Shown here: piece after piece, positions 10,359 through 20,149 of the stretch
How positions within the stretch are numbered: position 1 is the stretch's first letter
Layout of the letters: every line of letters starts with the position of its first letter
Source: an uncultured Clostridium sp.
GTDB lineage: Bacteria > Bacillota > Clostridia > TANB77 > CAG-508
Length of the DNA: 64,000 nucleotides
NCBI GenBank assembly: GCA_900554365.1
Contig: USGY01000004.1
Span: 3,633 to 67,632 of the forward strand
Direction: 5' to 3'
Position numbers and translations under genes: made by a program
The notes under the pieces: model-generated
What the model saw: the letters and a program-made list of their open reading frames with translations, nothing else
What the model was told of the DNA's origin: nothing
Database searches by the model: none

Positions 10359-11708
10359 CTATCCTACTCCATAAGCTGAGAATAAGAAGTTACCCATATA
10401 AACTTGGATACATGGTACTAATACAACTAATACGAAGAAGATTAATACAACACCTACTATTGCATATACAATTTGAGGTAATGCTTTCATTATCTTTGTC
10501 ATTATATTGTCTATATCTATTTCCATATATTCTATTAATTTTCCCATCATTTCTGTTAAATCAGTTTGCATACCTATTTTTAACATTTCTGTTACCATTG
10601 GTTTTGATAAACCTGCTTTTTCAAATGGCTCTATCCATGATGTACCAATCAATATATTGTTTATTGATGTTTCAATTATTGATAACATTACATAATTTTT
10701 TACTACGTTTTTACTTACTTCTATTGCTTCTTGTATTCTCATTCCATTACGTAAATTTAATAACATGGCTTTCATCAATCTTGAAAAATCCAATGCATAT
10801 ATAAGTTCTCCAAATATTGGCATCTTATATTTAAAATAATCAAAATTGTATTTTCCTTTTGGAGTATTTATATATGCGATAATTCCTCCTACAATTGCTA
10901 ATATTATTATTACTGGGATATACCAACATTGTAATGCTTTGTTTAAGAAATCAGCAAACCACAATGTTATTGCTGGTAATGTATCTTTTGTTCCTAATTC
11001 ATCAAATACATTTTGAATAGCTGGTATTGCAACCAAAGTACCTACAACTAGCATAACTAATAATAATACAAATTGTACAATATTAGGAATTAAAATTGAT
11101 CTTAACTTTTTATTTATTTTTTCTGTATCATCTAAATATTTTACAGCTTGTTCTAGTGAATTTGTTAAAGAACCTGATAGTTCTCCAACTTTTATCATAT
11201 TTATATATATATACGGAAATACATCAGAATAGTATTCCATTGTTGTATACATGTTTTCACCAGCTTCAACACCTGCAACTATATCCTCTAATATTCCTTT
11301 AAAAGATACATTTTCTGTACTTTCAATTATTGTATTTAATGCATGTATATTATTAAAATCCGCTTTCTTCAATAAATAAAAGTTTTGTGTAAACACTACT
11401 AAATCTCTTTGAGTTATTTTTTCAGTTTTAGCAAAGTATAAATTTATTTTTTCCTTTGTTGTTAATGTTTTTCTTTTTTCTGAAATTCGAGTAGTATTAA
11501 CATTTTGCATTATTTCTTTTATGTCTGTAATATTTCTTTTTTGTTTTTTAGGTTGCAACTTTCCACGATAAGATACTTGCTCAATTGAAATTGGAAGTAA
11601 GTTGCTTTCCTTTAAACTTTTTATAAGATATTGCCTACTTGCTGATTCTACTTTATTTTTTACAATTACTCCTTTATCAGTCATTGCTTTATACGCATAT
11701 GTTGGCAT
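10359..11708 (-). CDS. pilC: type IV pilus platform protein PilC (GspF family)
   Basis: 449-aa polytopic protein with the duplicated GspF-type domain organisation. It is the last gene of a pilB-pilT-pilC set. Confidence 0.85.
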   Translation of the reverse strand: MPTYAYKAMTDKGVIVKNKVESASRQYLIKSLKESNLLPISIEQVSYRGKLQPKKQKRNITDIKEIMQNVNTTRISEKRKTLTTKEKINLYFAKTEKITQRDLVVFTQNFYLLKKADFNNIHALNTIIESTENVSFKGILEDIVAGVEAGENMYTTMEYYSDVFPYIYINMIKVGELSGSLTNSLEQAVKYLDDTEKINKKLRSILIPNIVQFVLLLVMLVVGTLVAIPAIQNVFDELGTKDTLPAITLWFADFLNKALQCWYIPVIIILAIVGGIIAYINTPKGKYNFDYFKYKMPIFGELIYALDFSRLMKAMLLNLRNGMRIQEAIEVSKNVVKNYVMLSIIETSINNILIGTSWIEPFEKAGLSKPMVTEMLKIGMQTDLTEMMGKLIEYMEIDIDNIMTKIMKALPQIVYAIVGVVLIFFVLVVLVPCIQVYMGNFLFSAYGVG

Positions 11709-11744
11709 TGACTTATATCCTCCTTGATTAATTTTATTAACCTA

Positions 11745-12839
11745 TTAGCCTTTTCTTATTTTTAATTGCATAATAGTTCTATTTAATACTTCAAGATTTT
11801 TCTCTTCTATTTGTGCTTTAGCTTGATCTAATGTTATTTTTCCTTCTACAAATAATTCTGCAAGAGAATTTATTAAACCAATACTTCCCTTTTCTAGATT
11901 ACTTTGTATAGCATCTTCTATTTCTGAAACGCTTAATTTATCTTTACGAATTATACCTGCAACTATATTATCTACAACCATAACTTCTGGTATTAATACT
12001 AATTTTCCATTTGTTCCTTTTAAAAGTCTTTGTGATACTACCAATTTTAATAATGATGCAAGTAAATATTTTATACTAGCTTGATCTCTTACTTCATAGA
12101 AATTTATCATTCTGTCTATTGTTTCAGCACATGATTTAGTGTGTAATGTTCCTATTACTAAGTGACCAGATTCTGCCATTTCTATTGCAGCTTCCATTGT
12201 TTGTTTATCACGAATCTCTCCTATTACTAGAATATCACAATCCTCTCTTAAAGAGTTTTTAACACCATCACTAAATGTTAGGCTGTCTCTACCTTTTCCT
12301 ACTTCTTTTTGTACTATTAAAGATTTTTTTGAGTGATGTTTGTACTCAACCGGATTTTCAAGTGTTAATATTTTTTTGTTTTGATTTTCATTTATATAAT
12401 TTATTAAAGAGTTTAATGTTGTTGTTTTACCAGAGTTTGTTTTACCTGTAACTAATATCAATCCTTGTGGTTGATATGTCATTCTTCTTACAATATCAGG
12501 AACTCCTAATGATTCATATGGTGGTAGTTCATTTTTTATCAATCTTAATGTACATATAGGAACTTCATCTGCTAAAGATAAGTTTACTCTTAAACGTATA
12601 TCTTTATATTCATAAGACATGTCTAATTTTCTTGTAGTGTTAAATACTTCATCTTTATCAACATTTCCTTTTACTAAAAAGTCATATAATTCAAACATAT
12701 CTTCTGGTGTTAAAATTTTACTTTCCCTTACAGGAATAAGATCTCTTGTAACCCTTAACATAGGTTTGTTTCCTGCTATTAAATGAACATCTGATGCATC
12801 TACTGCTATTGCTTCATCTAATATTTTATTAAAATCCAT
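11745..12839 (-). CDS. pilT: type IV pilus retraction ATPase PilT
   Basis: 364 aa. Walker A GKTNSGKTTTL, Asp/His boxes (VIGEIRD, GHLVIGTLHT). Shorter than PilB and lacks the N-terminal GSPII domain. Confidence 0.85.
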   Translation of the reverse strand: MDFNKILDEAIAVDASDVHLIAGNKPMLRVTRDLIPVRESKILTPEDMFELYDFLVKGNVDKDEVFNTTRKLDMSYEYKDIRLRVNLSLADEVPICTLRLIKNELPPYESLGVPDIVRRMTYQPQGLILVTGKTNSGKTTTLNSLINYINENQNKKILTLENPVEYKHHSKKSLIVQKEVGKGRDSLTFSDGVKNSLREDCDILVIGEIRDKQTMEAAIEMAESGHLVIGTLHTKSCAETIDRMINFYEVRDQASIKYLLASLLKLVVSQRLLKGTNGKLVLIPEVMVVDNIVAGIIRKDKLSVSEIEDAIQSNLEKGSIGLINSLAELFVEGKITLDQAKAQIEEKNLEVLNRTIMQLKIRKG

Positions 12840-12857
12840 GCTTTTTTCCTCCTTTTA

Positions 12858-14501
12858 TTAATAGAACAATAATTTCTTATTTAATTCTTCTAAAGTTGTA
12901 TATCCTTCTATAACTTTTCTAATGCCATCTACAACTAAAGGTCTATAACCTTGTTGTAATGCTATTTTTCTAATCTCTATACTTGACTTTCCATTCATAA
13001 TTTCAGTTTGGATTTCATCTGTTATATTTAATATTTCAAACACACCAATTCTGTCATAAAATCCTGTATTATTGCAATATTTACATCCAACTGAATCATA
13101 TGTTGTTCCATTTAAATCAAATTCCATTCCATATTTTTCTGATATTTTATTTATTATTTGTTTTTCTTCTTCTGTAAACTTTCTTTCTTTTCTACATTTT
13201 GGACATAATTTTCTTACTAATCTTTGAGATATTACTGTTGCTAATGTACTTGCAATATCATAATCAGAAAGTCCCATTTTTCTTAATCTTGTTATAACTT
13301 CAACTGCATTTATTGTATGAATTGTTGATAAAACATAATGTCCAGTTTGTCCTGCTTGTATTGCTATTTCTCCTGTTTCTTTATCACGGATTTCTCCTAC
13401 AAGAATTATATCAGGGTCTTGTCTTAATACTGTCCTTAATGAATCTGAAAATGATGATTTTGCATCAACTTCAATTTGATTTAATCCTTCTATACGAATT
13501 TCTACTGGGTCCTCAATTGTTGTAATATTTATTTCTGGACTATTTAAATAATCTATAATACTATATAAACTTGTTGTCTTTCCTTCACCTGTTGGAGCAG
13601 CCATTATTGTTATACTATTTTTCTTATTAATACTTTTCTTTAGCTCTTCATCATTTGCTGGAAAACCTAAATCAAATATATTTCTTATGTTAGAATTTTT
13701 CTTTAACAATCTTAAAACAAATTTTTCTCCATATACATTTGGCTGTGAAGATACACGAATATTGTAATTATCATATAATAATATTCTACCATCTTGAGAT
13801 TCTTGTTTTTCTTGATGCATATTAGAAATAGCTTTTAGTCTACCTATTATTTGATTTTGTTTTTCTTTGTCTATATTTGCAGCTGTAAATAATTCACCAT
13901 CAATTCTATATCTAACACGTACTTTATCTTGCATTGGTTCGATATGAATATCACTTGCACGTCTAGCTATTCCTGTTTTTATAATACTATCTATTAAATT
14001 TGTTATTGTTCCGCCTCTACCTGTAGTTGTTAAATTTGTTGTTACCTTTCCTTCTTGAGATCTCAAGATATTTTGTATATCTGATGAAAATGTTATATAA
14101 CTTTCCATTACAAGACCTTTATTTAATAACAACAAACGCATTGCATCTATTGATTTTGAATTAACATTATCTGAAAAGCAAACCTTTATCTTACCATTTG
14201 AAACTTCAAATGGTACTGCATTATTATCTTTTGCTATATCTAATGATATATAATCTGTTATTCTTATTTTAATATTATCTTTATTTAATATAATTCCTTT
14301 AGTTCCTAAGATTTCTCCTATTGCTTCTATTAATTTATATGGGTCACATACATCTAATCTATATAATATGTCTCCTAATTTTTGATTTGGGTGTTGTTTT
14401 TGAAAATCTAAAGCTCTTTCAATATCATTTTCTGTTACAATTCCTCTTTTTACCAATTCAACACCTATAGGTTGTCTTCTTTTTAATTCCATGAGATTCA
14501 C
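12858..14501 (-). CDS. pilB: type IV pilus assembly ATPase PilB (GspE family)
   Basis: 547 aa. Walker A APTGEGKTTSL, LVGEIRDKETGEIA, GHYVLSTIHT, and tetracysteine motif CPKC...CKYC. Confidence 0.9.
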   Translation of the reverse strand: MNLMELKRRQPIGVELVKRGIVTENDIERALDFQKQHPNQKLGDILYRLDVCDPYKLIEAIGEILGTKGIILNKDNIKIRITDYISLDIAKDNNAVPFEVSNGKIKVCFSDNVNSKSIDAMRLLLLNKGLVMESYITFSSDIQNILRSQEGKVTTNLTTTGRGGTITNLIDSIIKTGIARRASDIHIEPMQDKVRVRYRIDGELFTAANIDKEKQNQIIGRLKAISNMHQEKQESQDGRILLYDNYNIRVSSQPNVYGEKFVLRLLKKNSNIRNIFDLGFPANDEELKKSINKKNSITIMAAPTGEGKTTSLYSIIDYLNSPEINITTIEDPVEIRIEGLNQIEVDAKSSFSDSLRTVLRQDPDIILVGEIRDKETGEIAIQAGQTGHYVLSTIHTINAVEVITRLRKMGLSDYDIASTLATVISQRLVRKLCPKCRKERKFTEEEKQIINKISEKYGMEFDLNGTTYDSVGCKYCNNTGFYDRIGVFEILNITDEIQTEIMNGKSSIEIRKIALQQGYRPLVVDGIRKVIEGYTTLEELNKKLLFY

Positions 14502-14515
14502 CCTTTCTACTAATG

Positions 14516-14932
14516 TTATTTTAATGTATATGTTGTGGTTCTTACTTTGTTTCCCACTTTAAGTTTAACATCTACAACTGTTTTTCCATTTTTTATATTT
14601 TCCTTAAAACTACATTCTTCTACATCTTTTGCAATTTTTACATAATTACGATAAATTTCACTATTTTCTTTTACAAAAGTATATTGAACACCATTACTAA
14701 AAACAATATAATTTGTATTACATTCTCTTATTTGTATTCCCTGATGATTTATTTCATCAGAAAAATAACTATTAAACGCTGTATATTCTGTTATTGGATC
14801 TGTAGTTGATTTTGTTGATTTCATTGATTTTACAAATGCACCTGAAACAACACCAACAACAGCAATTACAATAGTCATTACAATAACATATACTGTTAAT
14901 GAAATTAATGTAATACCTCTTTCTTGTTTCAT
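14516..14932 (-). CDS. prepilin-type minor pilin / pseudopilin
   Basis: I moved the start to ATG 14932 (AAGGAGAG 5 nt upstream). The ORF-track start at 14968 overlaps the preceding gene. N-terminus MKQERG|ITLISLTVYVIVMTIVIAVVGVV is a class III signal followed by a hydrophobic helix. Confidence 0.7.
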   Translation of the reverse strand: MKQERGITLISLTVYVIVMTIVIAVVGVVSGAFVKSMKSTKSTTDPITEYTAFNSYFSDEINHQGIQIRECNTNYIVFSNGVQYTFVKENSEIYRNYVKIAKDVEECSFKENIKNGKTVVDVKLKVGNKVRTTTYTLK

Positions 14933-14933
14933 A

Positions 14934-15356
14934 TTAACTCTCCTTTGATAGTACTGTTGATAATTCAACTGATTGCTCTTTTGCTTTAAACATATAAGAA
15001 ATTTTTACAGTTACTTTTTTTACTAAATCTTTTGTTTTATCCTGATTTCCATCTATATCTGTATAATCAATTACTGTTATTGTTTTATAATAGCCTTCTT
15101 CTACTTCTTGATTTTCTGTAATAACATTATTACCATTTGCAACACTTTTTCCTATATACTCATCAATTCCTTGATTTTTTATGTTTTCTATTTCATTAAT
15201 TGCTAAATATGTAGCATCTGTTTTTAGTTGTACTTCTTTTGATGAACTATTCATTTGATAAATCATCATCGAAATAATTGATACAAATATAAATAATATA
15301 ACAATTGCTACAGATATATCAATTCCTGTATATCCTTTTTCATTGCGAAAATTCAT
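14934..15356 (-). CDS. prepilin-type minor pilin
   Basis: MNFRNEKG|YTGIDISVAIVILFIFVSII: a charged leader, Gly, then a hydrophobic helix with an acidic residue (Asp) at +5. Lies between pilD and pilB. Confidence 0.7.
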   Translation of the reverse strand: MNFRNEKGYTGIDISVAIVILFIFVSIISMMIYQMNSSSKEVQLKTDATYLAINEIENIKNQGIDEYIGKSVANGNNVITENQEVEEGYYKTITVIDYTDIDGNQDKTKDLVKKVTVKISYMFKAKEQSVELSTVLSKES

Positions 15357-15370
15357 TATATTCTCCTTTA

Positions 15371-16183
15371 TTATAAGACATAATAATTATAAGCTAATAC
15401 CATAATCAAAATTATTAAGTTTGATGCACATAAACAATTTCCAATACTTATTTGTGTATAAATTGGCTTATCTGTTTTTTTGCTTTTTAAATCTTCTTGA
15501 ATTTTATAAATTATTATGTATATCGCTATTGATAGCAATGTAACTATAATTGACATTACTGTAATAAATTCTCCCGAAAACATTGCCATTGTTATTAATA
15601 AAAGTAATATTCCGTTTAAATAAGTACTTTTAGCCATTTTCTTTAATGTTATAGTGTCTAATACTAATATGATTATGTATAATAATAAATATATACCATA
15701 TCTATAAATACTAGTTTTTTCTATTATGCATAGATATGCCATATACATAATAGATATTGTAATTCCATATATATTAATTCCTTTATATATTTTTCTATTT
15801 TCTTGATCAGTTCCTGCAATAAGGATTATAAATGTTATATATAATGCCATAAAGCAATATTCTGTAATAATTTCCGGATTTAAATTTTCTAATCTTAATC
15901 CCATAAAATATGCAATTACTACAAATAATAGTCCAGATAAAGATTCTAATATTAAATAACGTGGTCTTATCTTTTTCTTACAATATCTACATTTTCCCCC
16001 TAATAAAATATAACTAAATATTGGGAACAAGTCTAATAAGCCTAATTTATGATTACAATTAGGACAATATGAATGTGTATAAATTATATCTTGTTTTTTT
16101 GGAATTCTATATACTGCTAATGTATAAAAACTTCCAAATAAAGTTCCTATTATAAATAAAATAACATAAAAAAATATTTCCAT
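15371..16183 (-). CDS. pilD: prepilin peptidase (A24 family)
   Basis: 270-aa polytopic protein with the N-terminal CPNC...CRYC zinc-finger segment typical of PilD, followed by a multi-TM domain. I could not see a clean second GxGDxKL Asp motif. Confidence 0.75.
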   Translation of the reverse strand: MEIFFYVILFIIGTLFGSFYTLAVYRIPKKQDIIYTHSYCPNCNHKLGLLDLFPIFSYILLGGKCRYCKKKIRPRYLILESLSGLLFVVIAYFMGLRLENLNPEIITEYCFMALYITFIILIAGTDQENRKIYKGINIYGITISIMYMAYLCIIEKTSIYRYGIYLLLYIIILVLDTITLKKMAKSTYLNGILLLLITMAMFSGEFITVMSIIVTLLSIAIYIIIYKIQEDLKSKKTDKPIYTQISIGNCLCASNLIILIMVLAYNYYVL

Positions 16184-16207
16184 TTTCGTTCCCTTTTTAC
16201 TAATTTA

Positions 16208-16234
16208 GCCATACACACATTGTGTGCGTATGGC
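16208..16234 (-). other. strong hairpin just downstream of the distal pilin gene
   Basis: GCCATACACACA / TGTGTGCGTATGGC arms (about 13 bp, one bulge). The T-run is on the plus side only, so on the coding strand it is a stem without a U-tract. It may be an mRNA stabiliser or a partial terminator. Confidence 0.4.
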
Positions 16235-16248
16235 TTTTTTATTTAAAA

Positions 16249-16698
16249 CTATTTAGCTTCTGTTATTGTGTATGGTGATGTTAACATAAGAGTTCCATTA
16301 ACTTCATCAACTTTTTGAGTTGAGTTTTTGTAATGTAATTTTATTACACTACCATCAACTGTATACCAGTAATCACCATCTTTTTCTGATGTTGAAATAG
16401 TTGGGAAATCTTTCTTTAAAACTGTAATCATTGCAGTATCTGCTGTTGTAGCATTTGTTGCCGGTGCATAGCTTGAGTTTGTTACTTGTTGAGAATAAAT
16501 TTCTGATTTCATAGCATTTAAAGCTAAGTTGATTTTTTCAACAGCTTCTGCTTTTGCTGTTGTAGATTTAGAACTATTTGCTTGTGTTAATATACCATTT
16601 TGTCCTGTTAACATTGCTATTGATACACCTGCTAATATTAATAGAACGATAATAGTAATTACTAAAGCAATAAGTGTTATACCTTTATTATTTGTCAT
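16249..16698 (-). CDS. type IV pilin (major-pilin candidate, copy 2)
   Basis: 149 aa with N-terminus MTNNKG|ITLIALVITIIVLLILAGVSIAMLTGQNGILTQA. Tandem paralog of the upstream gene. Confidence 0.85.
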   Translation of the reverse strand: MTNNKGITLIALVITIIVLLILAGVSIAMLTGQNGILTQANSSKSTTAKAEAVEKINLALNAMKSEIYSQQVTNSSYAPATNATTADTAMITVLKKDFPTISTSEKDGDYWYTVDGSVIKLHYKNSTQKVDEVNGTLMLTSPYTITEAK

Positions 16699-16726
16699 TT
16701 CTGTTTTCTCCCTTCAAAATTTAAAA

Positions 16727-17206
16727 CTATTTAGCTTCTGTTATTGTATAAGCTTCTGTTGAACCATTAGCTTTTAAAGTTATTGAACCTGATACTGCTG
16801 TTTTAATTCCTTGAGTTGTATTGATATATCTAATTGTTAATACTCCAGTATCAGCGTCAACACTGTATGTGTATTTTCCTTCAACTGTTGATGTATTTTC
16901 TGTTAAATCAGGTAAATCTGATGTCATAACTGCAGCTATTTCTGTTTTTACTTTATTATTTGAATCTAGTGGGCTATAAGTTGATGTTGTTACTTGTTGC
17001 TCATAGATTTTTGCTTTAACAGCATTTAAAGCTAAGTTGATTTTTTCAACAGATTCTGCTTTTGTAGTTGCTGTTTTAGAACTATTTGCTTGTGTTAATA
17101 TACCATTTTGTCCTGTTAACATTGCTATTGATACTCCTGCTAATATTAATAGAACAATAATAGTAATTACTAAAGCGATAAGTGTTATACCTTTATTATT
17201 TGTCAT
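16727..17206 (-). CDS. type IV pilin (major-pilin candidate, copy 1)
   Basis: I moved the start to ATG 17206 (GGGGTG upstream), giving the same MTNNKGITLIAL... N-terminus as copy 2. The ORF-track start at 17233 adds 9 residues and has no Shine-Dalgarno sequence. Confidence 0.85.
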   Translation of the reverse strand: MTNNKGITLIALVITIIVLLILAGVSIAMLTGQNGILTQANSSKTATTKAESVEKINLALNAVKAKIYEQQVTTSTYSPLDSNNKVKTEIAAVMTSDLPDLTENTSTVEGKYTYSVDADTGVLTIRYINTTQGIKTAVSGSITLKANGSTEAYTITEAK

Positions 17207-17296
17207 TCGTTTTTCACCCCTTTTCTTTTGCATCCTTGCGGAAATAATTTTATTGTTTTATATTTATATATATAAATATAACGTTAATAACTAAAT

Positions 17297-17785
17297 TTAT
17301 TTAATTCCTTTGTTTTGAAAATAATGTCCTCCGCTTGTTGTGTTATCATTTGTTTCATTATTATTTGCTGTATTATCATTTGTTGTATTTGCTGATGTTG
17401 AGCTTCCTGATGATGTAGTTGTGTTTTTTGAAGAGCCTGTATTTGCTGAACCATTTGTAGTTGTATTATTTCCATTTGTTGTGTTTTGCGTTTCTGTTGA
17501 TGTTCCTGCAAATGGATTTGCTTTACCAGGTTTATATTCTTGAATCTTTTTATAATTATTTAAATCATCTTGATTTACTTCATAAGTCATAATAATTTTA
17601 TTTTCATCTGCATCACTACTTGATAGCAACTCTGATTTAACATCACTTGGTGTTGTATATGCTACCTCATTTGGCACTGTTTTAGTAATTGGAACATATT
17701 CATATAGCAATATTCCTAAAATTAAAATTATAGCCAAACATAGTAATAATACAATAATTAATTCCTTTATAATTGATTTTGCCAT
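17297..17785 (-). CDS. single-pass membrane protein of the pilus operon, function unknown, with an Asn/Thr-rich tail
   Basis: Start set to ATG 17785 (AAAGGAA upstream), just after the stop of the preceding gene at 17802. MAKSIIKELIIVLLLCLAIILILGILLY is a TM segment. The C-terminus is low-complexity N/T/S. Confidence 0.6.
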   Translation of the reverse strand: MAKSIIKELIIVLLLCLAIILILGILLYEYVPITKTVPNEVAYTTPSDVKSELLSSSDADENKIIMTYEVNQDDLNNYKKIQEYKPGKANPFAGTSTETQNTTNGNNTTTNGSANTGSSKNTTTSSGSSTSANTTNDNTANNNETNDNTTSGGHYFQNKGIK

Positions 17786-17801
17786 ATTTATTTCCTTTCT
17801 T

Positions 17802-18530
17802 TTATTGTGCTTGTGCAGCATTTGTATTATTTGCTGTAGTAGTGTTTGTTGCTGTATTTGAATTTGTTGTAGCATTTGCAGCTGCATTTGTTGTATTACC
17901 TGCTGTATTTCCATCTTGTTGATTTTTAGGTGTTACACTTGTTGTTGATGATAATTCTTTTATAGGTACATCTTTACATACAAATGTCGCTTGTAATGTA
18001 TCCCCTGATGGTGCCATTTTAAATTCTTCTATTTTAAATCCTAATGTACTATCATTTTCTATTGATGATATAAAATCTTCAATTTGTACATATCCACCTG
18101 TAACTGTAAAGTTTAAATTATAAACACCTTGTGCTCCACTGCTACCTTGTAAAATATCCATTTTCATTACAACGCCTTCTTTTGTTGCATGATTTCCTAA
18201 TTTTACATATAATGTTTCTAATTCATATTTTTCTATTTGATTTGATGATTGCACATCTCCGTCTGAACTTATTGTTGTCATATCTTCATAATTTTTCTTT
18301 TCTTCTTTTAATTTTTTAGCATTACTGTTTACATCACTAACAGCTTGTGCATATGATTTTTCAGCTAATTTTCCTGCTTCTTGAAGTTTGCTATCTAATT
18401 GTGCACTTTTAGCTTGAATACCTTTTATTCCGAGTACTTCAACTTTTCCAAAGCTTACTCCTTGCATTCCAATATAAAATGTTAATATTAACAATAACGC
18501 TATTAAAATTAATATTAATAATTTTTTCAT
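17802..18530 (-). CDS. PilO-like pilus assembly protein
   Basis: 242 aa. N-terminal TM (KKLLILILIALLLILTFYIG), coiled-coil, then a globular domain. It sits directly after the pilM/N gene with a 4-nt overlap. N/T/A-rich tail. Confidence 0.6.
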   Translation of the reverse strand: MKKLLILILIALLLILTFYIGMQGVSFGKVEVLGIKGIQAKSAQLDSKLQEAGKLAEKSYAQAVSDVNSNAKKLKEEKKNYEDMTTISSDGDVQSSNQIEKYELETLYVKLGNHATKEGVVMKMDILQGSSGAQGVYNLNFTVTGGYVQIEDFISSIENDSTLGFKIEEFKMAPSGDTLQATFVCKDVPIKELSSTTSVTPKNQQDGNTAGNTTNAAANATTNSNTATNTTTANNTNAAQAQ

Positions 18531-20149
18531 GGCAAGTCTCCTTCTATTTTTATTGTAACAACATTATTGTCTTTCTGACCAGCTGTAGAAACAACATTTA
18601 TCAATATACTATCATTTTTCAATTTTGCTACAAAAAATCCTAATTGTTCATACTTACTAGATTGTGCATTTATAATAACATGTGAACCTGTTGAATTTTC
18701 TATTGATGTTAATTGAACTTGTTCTGGTATAACAGACATTATTTGATTTAATAAATTAGGGATTGCATTTCTAGATTTGTTTCTATCTGTTATTTTATCA
18801 TTAGCATCTTCTAAGTTCTTTATCATTGTTGTATAATCATTTGTTTTTGATTTTATTTTTTCATTATCACTATTAGCTAAAGCAATTTGACTATTAGTAT
18901 TATTTATTGACTCATCTGCTTCTTCCATTTTTTTCTCTAATTGATAATTTACTAATCCCGATAATATACTATAAATTAAAACTATCAAGAATAAAGCAAC
19001 AGCAACCCTTGCTAATTCTACTTCTGTTTTGTCCAATTTTTGTCCTAAATCCCAAGTAAAAAATCCACCAAGATTTTTTTTCTCTTTTTTAGTCTTTTCT
19101 GGACTAACTTCGACTTTTAACCAACTTGGAATTTTATCAGCAAAGCTTTGATGTTTAAAGTTCATTCCACTTATTCCTTCGCCTAATCCCATTAATGCTA
19201 TGGAAATAGCTGAATTTACTTCCATATAATCTTTAACACTTAAGTTTCCTGTATTTTCTATAAAATATGGTCTTAATAATTCGCAAGGAACTTCTGTTAT
19301 ATATTCTTGAAAATATAAATCCGCATTATTAATCAAAGATGCTGTACCTGTTATATATATTTTTGAAAATTTTTCTGTTGATTCATTAACAATTTTTCTT
19401 AAGTGCTCTGCAATGCTATATAATGTTGGCATTATATCTGGTAAATATCCTTCATCATTTGGCAATTGCAATTCACTGCCTTCTGATGTATAAATTGTTG
19501 TGTTTTTACATACTTCATATGCTTTTGCATATGAATTTTCCTTTAAATTTATTTTGTCTAAAATTTCTGAACTTCCCTCTTCAAGGATATCAACACTAAA
19601 TATATTTCCATTTATTATTGTAGTTACATATGTTTCATCTTCCATGTTTACAATAATACAATTTTCATCTTTGGCTATTCCTGCAATATTGGGTATTGCC
19701 ATTGAAATTGGAGAAATGTTACTTAAATGATAATCTGAAAATTGTTGTACTCTTTTATTTAATTCTATTTTATTTTCCGCAATATGAATTATTTTTAATT
19801 TATCTTTGTCCATTTTGCTATCAACAATTGCATATCTTGTTTCAAATACGTTAGGGTTATATCCTTTATCTGTACAATAAGAATCAAATTCAGTCTTTAT
19901 TGCTTTTTGCAAATCATTTTTTGTAAGTAATGCAAACATTGTAAAATAATTGTACATTTCTTCTGACATATTAACACTAATAGGTGTTTTTTGACTATAA
20001 GTTTCTTCTACTATTTGGTCTACTGCTTCACCTATTTTTTCGTAAAACTTAATTCCAAAAGATTCTACTTTTATTTTTTCATGATCTTTGGAAACTTTTG
20101 CATATTTAATTAAATGTTCATCTATATATAGCCCTAAACAACTTGACAT
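18527..20149 (-). CDS. pilM: type IV pilus assembly protein, PilM-PilN fusion
   Basis: 540 aa. N-terminal actin-like PilM-type domain (LGLYIDEHLIKYAKVS...), a TM around LARVAVALFLIVLIYSILSGLV, then a coiled-coil plus PilN-like C-terminal domain. First gene of the locus. Confidence 0.7.
   Translation of the reverse strand: MSSCLGLYIDEHLIKYAKVSKDHEKIKVESFGIKFYEKIGEAVDQIVEETYSQKTPISVNMSEEMYNYFTMFALLTKNDLQKAIKTEFDSYCTDKGYNPNVFETRYAIVDSKMDKDKLKIIHIAENKIELNKRVQQFSDYHLSNISPISMAIPNIAGIAKDENCIIVNMEDETYVTTIINGNIFSVDILEEGSSEILDKINLKENSYAKAYEVCKNTTIYTSEGSELQLPNDEGYLPDIMPTLYSIAEHLRKIVNESTEKFSKIYITGTASLINNADLYFQEYITEVPCELLRPYFIENTGNLSVKDYMEVNSAISIALMGLGEGISGMNFKHQSFADKIPSWLKVEVSPEKTKKEKKNLGGFFTWDLGQKLDKTEVELARVAVALFLIVLIYSILSGLVNYQLEKKMEEADESINNTNSQIALANSDNEKIKSKTNDYTTMIKNLEDANDKITDRNKSRNAIPNLLNQIMSVIPEQVQLTSIENSTGSHVIINAQSSKYEQLGFFVAKLKNDSILINVVSTAGQKDNNVVTIKIEGDLP

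Noticed and set aside
17284-17511. Q-rich 75-aa ORF, and the Q-rich N-terminal extension of ORF 17297-17914.
   Set aside because: These are alternative-frame readings of the low-complexity N/T-coding DNA. The real genes start at 17785 and end at 17802 respectively, and each has a Shine-Dalgarno sequence.
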